Origin: Alphaproteobacteria bacterium UBA2966
GTDB taxonomy: Bacteria; Pseudomonadota; Alphaproteobacteria; UBA2966
NCBI GenBank assembly: GCA_002348365.1
Contig: DEBC01000089.1
Span: 7,794 to 71,793 of the forward strand
DNA length: 64,000 bases
Reading direction: 5' to 3'
The notes under the pieces were generated by a model. That model was given only the letters and a program-made list of their open reading frames with translations, made no database searches and was not told where the DNA came from. Every line of letters begins with the position of its first letter. The first letter of the stretch is position 1. The translations under genes and the position numbers were made by a program. Shown here piece after piece: positions 1 through 9,683 of this stretch.

Positions 1-32
1 TCTGGCAATTGATAACGAGGTGCGCAGTCACG

Positions 33-248
33 TCAATTGGTCGATGCAGCGTTCTGCACGCCTCCTGCAATCCCGTTGTACAGGTTCGCAAGGTCAGTGC
101 CGATGGTCGTGACCACAGCAATGATGACAACGGCAATAAGCGAAGCGATCAGCCCATACTCGACCGCCGTGACACCGCGGGAGTCGTCCCGCAATTCGGA
201 CAGCGACGCAAGGATCGAGGTCACTGTCCGGCGGACAAGATCAGGCAT
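33..248 (-). CDS. Flp family type IVb pilin (prepilin)
   Basis: Motif '...DDSRG/VTAVEYGLIASLIAVVIIAVV' is the Flp prepilin signature (G|xxxxEY cleavage site plus hydrophobic helix). The protein is small. The start was chosen at MPDL; the track ORF runs to 308. Confidence 0.65.
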   Translation of the reverse strand: MPDLVRRTVTSILASLSELRDDSRGVTAVEYGLIASLIAVVIIAVVTTIGTDLANLYNGIAGGVQNAASTN

Positions 249-312
249 CCTGCGGATACCCTTGCAATGTAGGTCCAACATTTGCTGGTCCTGACGCACC
301 CGGTGCAACTCA

Positions 313-726
313 CTAGACCGTGATCACCTCCCAGAAGATCATCAGGCAACCAATCCAGCCGACGACAAAAGCGCCGGTCCGAAGCCATGGTATGCCGGCC
401 ATATGGACCGCCGCCTGGGCAAGCCGCGCCCAGAAGAAGAGTTGAGCACCGAGAACGGTGGTCTCATTGGATGCGCCGACAACCTGGGCGATGAGGACCA
501 GAACCCCAAATGGGACCAGGTTCTCAATCAGGTTCATATGAACGCGGTGACAGCGCTGTATCCATCCCGGGAGATCGCTGTAGTCACCTGAAGGATAGCC
601 GACGGTCACCGCCATGCCCTTCGACGCTGTTGCACCGATTATGTAGGGTACCCAAATCACCAGACTGAGCAATGCGAGGTATGCGAGCAACCTCAGTTCG
701 ACTGCCAATCCTGCACCTTCAGCCAT
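313..726 (-). CDS. MAPEG family membrane protein (glutathione transferase-like)
   Basis: About 137 aa, 3-4 TM segments. The 'CHRVHMNLIENLVPFGVLVL' stretch resembles the MAPEG 'RAHxNxLENxPxF' signature. Start chosen at MAEGAG. Confidence 0.55.
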   Translation of the reverse strand: MAEGAGLAVELRLLAYLALLSLVIWVPYIIGATASKGMAVTVGYPSGDYSDLPGWIQRCHRVHMNLIENLVPFGVLVLIAQVVGASNETTVLGAQLFFWARLAQAAVHMAGIPWLRTGAFVVGWIGCLMIFWEVITV

Positions 727-891
727 TTTTCCAATCTCCTGATTGCCATCTGTAGGTCCCGTATCGTCCTCGGATATGGGCGACGAGCGCAATCCCTAAT
801 CTCAGAGAGCACACGGATCAGCCGAGCTAGCGGATTGCGCGCCGCTAACCGATGCGCATACTTGCAGCGCTCAAACCGAGGGATTCTCAAA

Positions 892-2478
892 ATGCGCGAT
901 TTTCATCTACCCGGCCGATCGACCGTACGCTCCATGAACGGGATGGCTGCCACGTCTCATCCGGCGGCCACGCTAACTGCGATCGACGTATTGCGGGCCG
1001 GCGGTAACGCTGTCGATGCGGCGGTCGCAGCGGCGGCCGTCCTCGGCGTCGTGGAACCGCATTCAACCGGCATCGGCGGCGACTGCTTCGCCCTCTATGC
1101 ACCTAAGGGCTCCACCGACATCGTCGCCGTGAACGGTTCGGGGCGGGCGCCTGCCGCGGCCACGGCGGAGTGGTATCTCGACAATGGATTCAATGGAATC
1201 CCACTTTACAGTCCGCATGCCGTCACCATTCCCGGCGCGGTCGACGCCTGGTCCCGTTTGCTCACCGATCATGGCACGAAGGGATTTGCCGAACTCCTGC
1301 AGCCGGCGATCGACTATGCCGAACAGGGCTATGTCGTGCATGGACGAATCGCACAGGCGTGGTCCGCCAATGCGGAGAAGTTGTCTCAGGACCCGACTTC
1401 TGCCCGGGTCTTTCTGCCCGACGGAAAAGCGCTCGCGGAAGGCGATGTTCATCGCCAGGTCATGTTGGCTGAGACCATGAAAACCATCGTCCGGGAAGGG
1501 CGGGACGGTTTTTATACCGGGCCGGTCGCTGAAGACATGGTGACGTATCTGAATTCCCTGGGCGCGCTGCATACGCTCGACGATTTCGAGAGCCATGAGA
1601 CAGAATATGTGACGCCGATCAAAGGCAGCTACCGCGGTCTCGACGTGTATCAGGTGCCGCCCAACAACCCTGGGATCACGGCCCTGCTCATGTTGCACGT
1701 CATCGAGGGATTTGATCTCGCATCACTGGATCCACTGAGTGTCGAGCGGTTTCACCTCGAAGCCGAGGTTGCCCGGCTGGCCTACAACGTCCGCGAGACC
1801 GACGTTGGGGACCTGGCGTTTGTCGACGTACCTGTTGACAAGCTTCTGTCTGAGGAATTCGCAACCGAATTGCGGAGCCGGATCGATCCGCGGAGAGCCA
1901 TGGAGTTGAAATCGATCAAGCCGCCAACGGCTCCGGACACTGTCTACATCTGTGTGGTTGATGCGGACCGGAACGCCATCTCGTTCATAAACTCGATCTC
2001 GTACGCTTTCGGGACCGGTCTTCTCAGCCCCAATACGGGTGTCATGTTGCAAAACCGGGGATCTGGCTTCCGTGTCGAACCGGGACACCCGAATTGCATC
2101 GCACCGCGCAAACGTCCGCTCCACACGATCATGCCGGGCATGCTGGCAGAGGCGGATCGCGTCCTGATGCCGTACGGCGTGATGGGTGGACAATATCAGC
2201 CCACTGGTCACACCCATGTGCTCACCAACATTCTCGACTACGGAATGGACGTGCAGGCGGCCATAGATTTTCCCCGCGCATTTCACTTCGGGGACACATA
2301 CCTCCTGGAACGCGGATTGGACGATGAAATCGAGCGCGGACTTCAAGCCTTGGGCCACCAGACGGCGCGTCCCGAGATGCCTCACGGAGGCGGGCAGGCG
2401 ATCTGGATTGATTGGGAGCGTGGGACGCTGGCCGGGGGATCAGAGCCGCGCAAGGACGGCTGCGCCCTCGGCTATTAA
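892..2478 (+). CDS. ggt: gamma-glutamyltransferase
   Basis: 'TSHPAATLTAIDVLRAGGNAVDAAVAAAAVLGVVEPHSTGIGGDCF' N-terminal GGT signature. Conserved Thr-containing autoprocessing region 'DTVYICVVDADRNAISFINS..FGTG'. GAGGGA RBS ahead of the ATG at 892. Confidence 0.85.
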   Translation: MRDFHLPGRSTVRSMNGMAATSHPAATLTAIDVLRAGGNAVDAAVAAAAVLGVVEPHSTGIGGDCFALYAPKGSTDIVAVNGSGRAPAAATAEWYLDNGFNGIPLYSPHAVTIPGAVDAWSRLLTDHGTKGFAELLQPAIDYAEQGYVVHGRIAQAWSANAEKLSQDPTSARVFLPDGKALAEGDVHRQVMLAETMKTIVREGRDGFYTGPVAEDMVTYLNSLGALHTLDDFESHETEYVTPIKGSYRGLDVYQVPPNNPGITALLMLHVIEGFDLASLDPLSVERFHLEAEVARLAYNVRETDVGDLAFVDVPVDKLLSEEFATELRSRIDPRRAMELKSIKPPTAPDTVYICVVDADRNAISFINSISYAFGTGLLSPNTGVMLQNRGSGFRVEPGHPNCIAPRKRPLHTIMPGMLAEADRVLMPYGVMGGQYQPTGHTHVLTNILDYGMDVQAAIDFPRAFHFGDTYLLERGLDDEIERGLQALGHQTARPEMPHGGGQAIWIDWERGTLAGGSEPRKDGCALGY

Positions 2479-2627
2479 GGCATTAGGTTTGTCCCACGTT
2501 GGCGCCCGTGACGCAGTGTGAGGTGAATTTCCCGGCGATTGGGGTGGTCCAAGGTTTCCTAAAGTTTCAGCATGCGTTGCAGAAAGCCGATTTGGTGCTG
2601 CACGGAACTGTCGAATAGTTCTCCCGG

Positions 2628-3452
2628 TTACCACAGAGGGCCGAAATGACCGCCGTCAATCTCGAATAGCTCTTTGGGCGCCGCGATCCTTTCGAACACC
2701 GCGCGCTGGGCGGTTGGATTGCAGTGCTCCATCTCATCATGGTGACCGATCATCATCAGTGTCAGTGCTGTCAGATAGGGTGCGGTCAGATAAGGGTGAA
2801 ACGGGACCTCTGTCGGCGGAACAACCCGGGAGGCCAGGTTCTCCCACTTTGTATCGAAGCGACCGCCGTGCTCGGTGAACCATCGGAAGGCCTGAATCAG
2901 CTTGAGCAGTGACGGCGCATTTATCTGGTCGGCCGAGACGACGGGCAACGGGCCGACCGTTGAGTCAGGGCCGCCCTCCACATTGCCTGATGCGAACACC
3001 GATTTCAGGGATGTCAGCGCTGTGTCGCTCGGCTACATGTCGGGAAGTGCCATGCCGCATACGGGGTTCTGGGCAACGATGGCCGCAATGTCGTCTATCA
3101 ACGCACCGACGACGAGCACATCCATTGCCGAGTAGCTGACGCCCCACAGCGCAATCCGGTCGATATCGGGTCTTGTTCTCAGGTACGCGACAGCGTCCCG
3201 GTAACCTCGTCCCTGGATCCATGGATTGATTTGAAATCGTGGCTCACCGTCGCTGGCGCCCAGGTTGCGGTGGTCGTAAAGAAGTACGCTGAAGCCGGCC
3301 GCATGGATCGCTTCCGCGACCGCGTCGATCGCCATCGTGATCGTGGCGGAGGTTCCCTGCGCCATGACGATGCACGGTGGCCTGTCCGCCGCCTTATAGA
3401 ATCGGCCGCGCAGGATGGCATTTTCCGACTCGAACTCGATCTCTTGAAGCAT
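2628..3452 (-). pseudogene. alpha/beta hydrolase interrupted by an in-frame amber codon (TAG at 3033-3035)
   Basis: Track ORFs 3033..3452 and 2628..2999 are in the same frame. Translating across gives '...GMALPDM*PSDTALTSLKSVFASGNVEGG...'. The combined ~275 aa has a nucleophile elbow 'WGVSYSAM' and a C-terminal 'GGHFG' His. Confidence 0.6.
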
Positions 3453-3591
3453 TTCGGCCTCCGGGCGCCGAATTTGGCGTGCTTTAGATCGACGGGCAGC
3501 GCGGTACCCTGACAGGCGGTTACAAGCCCTTCAAGGACGGGGGCCGGGTTCGCCTCCAACTCAATGCTTCGCTACAAGCTTCGGGCCGCCA

Positions 3592-5130
3592 TCACCGCAG
3601 GCCGTTCAGAAAGAACGTTTCAACCTCGCCCTTTCCGCGAATATTCATGATGCCCCGCGGTTCGAGCACGAATCTCGGCTCAATAAGTCGGGCCAATTCG
3701 GCCGTGACGTGGATGCGATTGGGCTCACTGTATGATTCGAATCGGGCGGCCATGTTCACCGTGTCGCCCCAGATGTCATAAAGAAATCGATGTCTGCCGA
3801 TGATGCCGGCCGCGACCGGACCGGTTTGCAGCCCGACGCGCATTTGAAATGGAGGGTCGTGGTTTTCGTTGAATCGGTGTAGCGCGTCAATCATGCCGAG
3901 CGCCATGTGGGCCATCGCGTCCGCATGGTCGGTGTGAGGTTGTGGAACTCCGGCTACAGCCATGTAGGCGTCGCCGATGGTTTTCACCTTTTCCACTCTC
4001 AGTTCGGTCGCCAATTCATCAAACGCGCCGAACAACTCGTTCAGATTCTGCACCAGATGTTCGGGTGCCATATTGGCCGATATCCGAGTGAATCCTACGA
4101 GATCGGAAAACAGGACCGTGGCCTCGTCGAACTGGTCGGCGATCAGGGTTTCCGCACCATGGACGCGCTGAACGATGGGTTCGGGGAGAATCCGGTGCAA
4201 CAGGTCTTCGGCTTCTTCTTTGGCCTCCTGCAATGCCCGAGCCGCTTCCATTTTCTCGGTGATGTCTCGGATTATGCCCGTGAAGTAGTACGAATCTCCC
4301 ACTGACCAGTGCGACAGGGACATCTCGACCGGGAATTCTTCACCGTTCTTCCTCAGGCCACGCAGCTCAACCGGTTTGTCCGAGTACTTGTGCTGACCGG
4401 TACCGCTTGCCTGCTTCAGGCCAGCGACATGCTTGCCATAAAATTCCTCTGGCATGACCCGTTCCAGTGACCCTCCGACCACTTCCGATTCGCTGTAACC
4501 GAAGATCTGCTCCGCCCCCCGGTTCCAGGAAACGATTGCGCCGTGACCGTCAATTGAAATGATCGCGTCATTCGCGGTTTCCGAGACCGACCGATAGCGC
4601 TCCTCGCTCTGGCGCAATTTCTCTTCGGCGTGCTTCAGGGGTGTCGTATTGAGCCTGATCGAGAACGTGCCGCCGCCGGGGGCCTCATACTCGCGGAAGG
4701 CCACCCAACTGCCATTCGCGAGTTGCATTTCCTGCCAGGCCTGTCCGCTCAGGCGTGCTTGAAGGCGCTGCTGGATCAACGTATGGACGGTCCTTCCTTC
4801 CATCCGAAAAAAACCTTGTTGGGCGGCGATTCGAACCAGGTCTTCGAACTTCATCCCAGGTTTGAAACTGTTCTCCAGTTCGGGAGAGATTTCGGCGAGG
4901 TACTGTCTGTTGCAATGGACCAACCGGTCTTCCACATCGAACAGCGCCACGCCCTCGGCCAGGTGTTCGATGGCCTCAACCATCTGAATGCGGGCGTCGG
5001 CGGTTTCGCTGCCCGTATGGGAGGCGCCCTCGAGCGTCGCTATCTGACGTTCGAGGGTCTCCAGTTCATTGAGCAGTTGCGCTTTCGTCTTGCGCTGCCG
5101 CTGTCGTGCACGTTGGTCTGTATCCGGCAT
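3592..5130 (-). CDS. PAS domain-containing class III adenylate/guanylate cyclase
   Basis: C-terminal CHD domain 'ATVLFSDLVGFTRISANM...EKVKTIGDAYMAVAG'. N-terminal PAS-like repeats and a coiled coil. GGAGGA RBS before the ATG at 5130 (MPDTDQ). Confidence 0.8.
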   Translation of the reverse strand: MPDTDQRARQRQRKTKAQLLNELETLERQIATLEGASHTGSETADARIQMVEAIEHLAEGVALFDVEDRLVHCNRQYLAEISPELENSFKPGMKFEDLVRIAAQQGFFRMEGRTVHTLIQQRLQARLSGQAWQEMQLANGSWVAFREYEAPGGGTFSIRLNTTPLKHAEEKLRQSEERYRSVSETANDAIISIDGHGAIVSWNRGAEQIFGYSESEVVGGSLERVMPEEFYGKHVAGLKQASGTGQHKYSDKPVELRGLRKNGEEFPVEMSLSHWSVGDSYYFTGIIRDITEKMEAARALQEAKEEAEDLLHRILPEPIVQRVHGAETLIADQFDEATVLFSDLVGFTRISANMAPEHLVQNLNELFGAFDELATELRVEKVKTIGDAYMAVAGVPQPHTDHADAMAHMALGMIDALHRFNENHDPPFQMRVGLQTGPVAAGIIGRHRFLYDIWGDTVNMAARFESYSEPNRIHVTAELARLIEPRFVLEPRGIMNIRGKGEVETFFLNGLR

Positions 5131-5217
5131 GTCTGTCCTCCACGACCGAGCCGGTTTCCAACAGGCTATTGGCAACTGCGGATTTATGGAAGGTGGGGTC
5201 TTACCTCATCCATGCTA

Positions 5218-5655
5218 TCACTCGATCAGATAGCCACCGCCTTTGCCGCGCATGACCGTACAGTCCGCTTCCCGGACACCCGTGACCAGCTCCAGGTTGC
5301 TCTTGGTGAACTCGATCATCCCCTCGACCGTGTAGTCGCCGAACCGGGTCATGCCGAGGGCCTTGTGTCGGGCGCCCAGCACAAGGCGGTCGATCCCCGA
5401 TTCGTGAATGGCCCACAGGCACATGGGCCACGACTCCGCGACCGAATAAAGTGTCGCCCCCGCCAGACTGCTCTTCCCCAATTGTCGACAGGCATCACGG
5501 ATGGCATCGATTTCCGCGTGCGACAAGGGGTCGTTGTGGGTCGCACCCCAATTCCGCCCTCGCCCCACCACTTCGCCCTCGAGAACGATGACGCTGCCAA
5601 CGGCAAAGTCGCCGGCATCATACGAGGCCTGTGCTTCAGCCAATGCGAGTCCCAT
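5218..5655 (-). CDS. CMP/dCMP-type nucleoside deaminase-like protein
   Basis: 'HAEIDAIR' zinc-binding HAE motif. The downstream 'PCxxC' is degenerate ('ESWPMCLWAI', only one Cys). Confidence 0.55.
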   Translation of the reverse strand: MGLALAEAQASYDAGDFAVGSVIVLEGEVVGRGRNWGATHNDPLSHAEIDAIRDACRQLGKSSLAGATLYSVAESWPMCLWAIHESGIDRLVLGARHKALGMTRFGDYTVEGMIEFTKSNLELVTGVREADCTVMRGKGGGYLIE

Positions 5656-5697
5656 GAAGTGGTCATGATTTTAATCTGCCATGGCGCTTCCTTCTCG

Positions 5698-6597
5698 TTA
5701 TCGCTTCAGCGTTGGGATGATCTCCGTTGCGATCTGCTCGAAAACCGGCATCTCACGCTCCACCAGGGGATAGTGCAGGACGATTTCAGTGATGCCGATC
5801 TCGATGACCCGCTCAACCATTTCCGTGAAGGCATCGGTTGATGCGTAGTACGCGATCGCGCCGCCGCAGTCCCGCGACTGCTGGTCTAGGACCACGTATG
5901 AACGTCGCAGTGTCTTCGGGTCACGGTCGATGGCCGCACAGTGCTCGTCCAGCAAGTTCATCCGGTCACGGGTTTCCTGAAGCTGCGCGTCGAAGGTTTG
6001 GGCGAAACTGAGGCTGTTCCAGATATCGGCATGCCGGGCGGTGAGCTTGAGCATGACCGGACCCAGCGCGCCGATGGCGATGGGTGGTCGCGGTTGCTGG
6101 ATGGGCCGGGGGATCATGACGGCATCTTTGATGTTGTAGTAGTTGCCTTGATAGGTCGTGGTTTCATTTGCCAGTAACAGATCGACGACCTCCACGTATT
6201 CCTTCAGGCGGGCCACTCGTTCCGGATAACTCCAGTTCGGTATGCCGATCATGTCGTAGGCCGGGTCCTCGATGAGACCGGTGCCGATGCCCACCACCAG
6301 ACGTCCATTGGAGATCTGATCAACCGTCAATGCCTGGCGGGCCAGCATTGCGGGGTTTCTGAATGGAATCTGGGTTACGTAAGTCGCGATGTTGATTCGA
6401 GAGGTCTCTCGGGCGACGGCGGCCAGGGTGGTCCAGCCCTCCAACCAGGGGATGTGCGGATTTCGCCAGTCGACAAAATGATCGGCGGTCGCGACGAGAT
6501 CGAACCCCAGCTCTTCAACATGTCTGAATCGTTGGGCGAGCTCAGCCCAGGGGGCGTTGGGCAACAGCAATACCTGAAACTGCAGTTTCTGGCTCAT
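5698..6597 (-). CDS. LLM class flavin-dependent oxidoreductase (luciferase-like monooxygenase)
   Basis: TIM-barrel LLM-like sequence ('GFDLVATADHF', 'GRLVVGIGTG', 'YYNIKDAVMIPRPIQQPRPPIAIGA'), about 300 aa. Confidence 0.65.
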   Translation of the reverse strand: MSQKLQFQVLLLPNAPWAELAQRFRHVEELGFDLVATADHFVDWRNPHIPWLEGWTTLAAVARETSRINIATYVTQIPFRNPAMLARQALTVDQISNGRLVVGIGTGLIEDPAYDMIGIPNWSYPERVARLKEYVEVVDLLLANETTTYQGNYYNIKDAVMIPRPIQQPRPPIAIGALGPVMLKLTARHADIWNSLSFAQTFDAQLQETRDRMNLLDEHCAAIDRDPKTLRRSYVVLDQQSRDCGGAIAYYASTDAFTEMVERVIEIGITEIVLHYPLVEREMPVFEQIATEIIPTLKR

Positions 6598-6629
6598 GAC
6601 TGGCTGGTCCTCAACCTTTCGACGGCATG

Positions 6630-8615
6630 CTAGATCTCACGAGCGACGCGGTGACCGTCGACCACCGCCAGTTCGATGTCGCGCGGCTGAAAACAGTCGC
6701 CAATGGCGTGTACCTCCGGGTGGCGTTCCTTGAGGTCTCGGAACAATTCATCGTCGGCCTGTCCGCCTGCCGCGAGCACCACTGCGTCGATATCTTCAAT
6801 CGTTCGCGGCTCCCACGAAACCACGTTGTAGACGTCGACTGATTTGTCGTTCACTTCCCAGACCCCCGTGAACGGTGTCAACGTGACATTCTTTTTCATC
6901 AGGCGCTCGAGTTGCACATGCCAGGCAGGGATGGGCATGTGACGGCCGATGTATTCAAGACCGGTGACAATTTCCACGTTTCGGCCCTGGTCCGCCAGGT
7001 GCTCGGCGACGCTCGGCGCCTCAGCGCGACCAAGTGTGTCAACCACCAGTACGCGTTGACCGATTTCGGAATTCCCCAACAGCACGTCCCGGCTGCTCAG
7101 CACATGCTTCTGGTCGGCGCCGATCACATCAGGACGAAATGCAGTCGATCCCGTGGCCACGATGATGGCATCCGGCACGCAAGCAAGAACATCCTCAGTG
7201 CCAGCTTCGTGCCCAAGCTTGATGGCAACCCCCAGCTTCTCGAGTTGGCGCTCGAAGAAAAGGATGATCTGTTCGAAGATGTCCCTGGCGGGCGTACGCA
7301 TGACCAGGTTCACCTGGCCTCCGAGCCGTTGTCCCTTCTCGAACAGGATGACCTCGTGACCGCGTTCGGCCGCGATGCGGGCCGCTTCGCAGCCCGCGGG
7401 GCCGCCACCAACGACGACGACTTTCCGCTTCTCTGATGCCGGAGGCAGTTCGGACCATTCCCGTTCACGTCCGGTTACGGGGTTATAGATGCACCCTACG
7501 CCCATCCCGAGATAGATGTGCCCGACGCAGCTTTGCGTACAGGCAATACAGGTCCGGATATCGTCAGCGCGGCCCTCCCGGGCTTTGTTCGCCCAATGTG
7601 GATCAGCAATCAGCGCGCGGGCCATTCCAATGATGTCCGCCTTGCCATCGGCAAGCATGCCATTTGCGAGTGCCGGTGAATCGATGCGGCCTGTCCCCAC
7701 GACAGGCAAAGTCGTGGCCTCCTTGAGTCCGGCAGGCAGATAAGCGAACTGTCCCGGCTTGTAATAGTGTGGCGGCCAGTGCTCTCGCCCGCTGCGCGGA
7801 CTGGGCACGATCCCCTGCCACATGTTGAAGTAATCAACCTTGCCGCCCGCTTCGACGAGACGCGCAATCTGTTTGTAGTCCTCCAAGCCCAGACTGTAGT
7901 CGACGAGATCGTCGTAAAACCGGATGCCGAGCAAACGCTCCGGTCCCAGCTCGCCGCGCACCACATCAATGACTTCGTCGAGGAATGTCATGCGTTCTTC
8001 AAGTGTGCCGCCGCCATATTTGTCGTCACGCTGATTGGCCTGTTTGCTGAGGAAATTTGCGAACAAAAAGTCGAGACCAACCGCCAACTCGACACCATCC
8101 ATCTCACCACGGTTGACTCGTTGGGTCGCGGCGGCAAACGACTCGATCACTTCTTCGACCTCTGCCGTCGACATGGCGTGCGGGACCAACTGAGGTGCAG
8201 AAAAGTCAGGTGCTGGAATCGCCGACGGTGCATCGATGGTCTTCTGCAGATAGGCGGCGCCGTCGGACACACGGCGCCCGCGATGGCCGAGTTGTGCCAA
8301 CATAGGCACGCCATAAGCATGCGTGGCTTCGGAGAATTTGCCGTAGACGGCCGTAATGCGCTCATCGTAGTTGGCCAACGAGAGCGTGGTATCACCCTCA
8401 TGCCGGGTCACGGTAAAGCCGGTCACGATAATACCAACGCCTCCCTTAGCGCGCTCGCGCACGTAATCGACATAACGATCCGTTGGGATGCCGTCGCCGG
8501 TCTGAAAATGGGCCGCGTGGCCCGTGTTCATGATCCGGTTCTTCAACGTATATGTGCCGACCTTCAGCGGCGCGAACAGACTTGGAAACGGTTCGGCCAT
8601 CGAGCTCCCCTTCAC
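6630..8615 (-). CDS. NADH:flavin oxidoreductase / 2,4-dienoyl-CoA reductase-like (FadH family)
   Basis: N-terminal OYE-like TIM barrel. Cys cluster 'CIACTQSCVGHIYLGMGVGCIYNP' (4Fe-4S). C-terminal Rossmann 'KVVVVGGGPAGCEAA'. About 660 aa is typical of FadH. TAG stop. Confidence 0.75.
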   Translation of the reverse strand: MKGSSMAEPFPSLFAPLKVGTYTLKNRIMNTGHAAHFQTGDGIPTDRYVDYVRERAKGGVGIIVTGFTVTRHEGDTTLSLANYDERITAVYGKFSEATHAYGVPMLAQLGHRGRRVSDGAAYLQKTIDAPSAIPAPDFSAPQLVPHAMSTAEVEEVIESFAAATQRVNRGEMDGVELAVGLDFLFANFLSKQANQRDDKYGGGTLEERMTFLDEVIDVVRGELGPERLLGIRFYDDLVDYSLGLEDYKQIARLVEAGGKVDYFNMWQGIVPSPRSGREHWPPHYYKPGQFAYLPAGLKEATTLPVVGTGRIDSPALANGMLADGKADIIGMARALIADPHWANKAREGRADDIRTCIACTQSCVGHIYLGMGVGCIYNPVTGREREWSELPPASEKRKVVVVGGGPAGCEAARIAAERGHEVILFEKGQRLGGQVNLVMRTPARDIFEQIILFFERQLEKLGVAIKLGHEAGTEDVLACVPDAIIVATGSTAFRPDVIGADQKHVLSSRDVLLGNSEIGQRVLVVDTLGRAEAPSVAEHLADQGRNVEIVTGLEYIGRHMPIPAWHVQLERLMKKNVTLTPFTGVWEVNDKSVDVYNVVSWEPRTIEDIDAVVLAAGGQADDELFRDLKERHPEVHAIGDCFQPRDIELAVVDGHRVAREI

Positions 8616-8699
8616 GTGTTAGACCTGGAACAGGCCCCGTTCAGGGAAGTCTAGGACAAAGGAGGGATCCGATGACAGCCGTCACCGGTGTGCCTGGAC

Positions 8700-9683
8700 T
8701 TAGCCGGGATAACAACCTGCCTCGCGGGCGCGGCGCACGACCAGGGCGTAGACCAGGTCGATGGTCGGGGTCGGCACGCCCACCAGGCGTCCCAGTTCGA
8801 CGACGGAACCGACGAGAGCGTCTATTTCCATGGGCCGTCCCTGATCGAGGTCCTGCAACATTGACGTTCGGTGGGCACCCACCGCTTCGGCCGTCTTGAT
8901 CCGAGCGTCCACATCCATGGTGAACTCGGCACCGAGGGCTTCTCCCACTGCCTGGCCTTCCATCATCATGTTCCGCAAGAGCGAATAACAATCGGGGTCG
9001 GTAGCGAGGGTTTCGAGTGTCGCATCGGTCAAGACACTGACCGGGTTGAAGGAGAGGTTGCCCCACAGCTTCATCCAGATCTCGTTACGGATCTTGGGAC
9101 GAACCGGAGACTTGAGGCCCGCCGAGACCATGGCCTTGCTCAGTCTGAGGGCCCGGTCCGAGCGACTGCCGTCGGGTTCCCCAAGAGGCATGCGGTTGCC
9201 GTAGGAGTGTCGGACAACGCCCGGACGTTCGATTTCGGCCGAAGTCCAGACCACGCAGCCGATCACACGCTCAGGTCCGATATGAGTCCACTGGCGGTCG
9301 CCGGGATCGACACTGGCGAGGCGATGACCTTCGTACGGCCCGTCCAACTTGTGGAAATACCACCAGGGAATCCCATTCACGACGGGCACAACGACCGTGT
9401 CCGGACCAAGCAGGGGCGCCATGCCTTCTACGATTGGTGGCACGGAATGCGCCTTCAGCGCGATTAAGACATAGTCTTGAACGCCGGCCTCCGCTGGATC
9501 ATCCGTACATCGCGGGCGGGTGACAAATTCATCCCCGTCTTCGGTTATCAGTGTAAGACCGTCCTGTTTCATCGCGGCGAGGTGTGGCCCCCGGGCGATG
9601 AGAGTCACGTCAAGACCTTCATGGCTCAGGAGGGCGCCGACGTGTCCGCCGATAGCGCCGGCGCCATAGATACAGACCTTCAT
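8700..9683 (-). CDS. 2-dehydropantoate 2-reductase family protein (PanE/ApbA)
   Basis: 'MKVCIYGAGAIGGHVGALL' N-terminal Rossmann, ~327 aa, KPR family layout. 4-nt ATGA overlap with the upstream acyl-CoA synthetase. Confidence 0.7.
   Translation of the reverse strand: MKVCIYGAGAIGGHVGALLSHEGLDVTLIARGPHLAAMKQDGLTLITEDGDEFVTRPRCTDDPAEAGVQDYVLIALKAHSVPPIVEGMAPLLGPDTVVVPVVNGIPWWYFHKLDGPYEGHRLASVDPGDRQWTHIGPERVIGCVVWTSAEIERPGVVRHSYGNRMPLGEPDGSRSDRALRLSKAMVSAGLKSPVRPKIRNEIWMKLWGNLSFNPVSVLTDATLETLATDPDCYSLLRNMMMEGQAVGEALGAEFTMDVDARIKTAEAVGAHRTSMLQDLDQGRPMEIDALVGSVVELGRLVGVPTPTIDLVYALVVRRAREAGCYPG

Noticed and set aside
3033-3035. Internal TAG/TGA codons (3033, 45849, 61158) as programmed recoding (pyrrolysine or selenocysteine)
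   Set aside because: TAG is used as the normal terminator of nrdJ, the fadH-like gene and pduO in this window. The codon contexts are not redox Cys-like positions. Pyl is not expected in alphaproteobacteria. Nonsense mutation or base-call error is far more likely.
4630-5841. 403-aa ORF on the + strand
   Set aside because: It lies antisense to the well-supported adenylate cyclase and deaminase genes. No recognisable domains. Typical high-GC shadow ORF.
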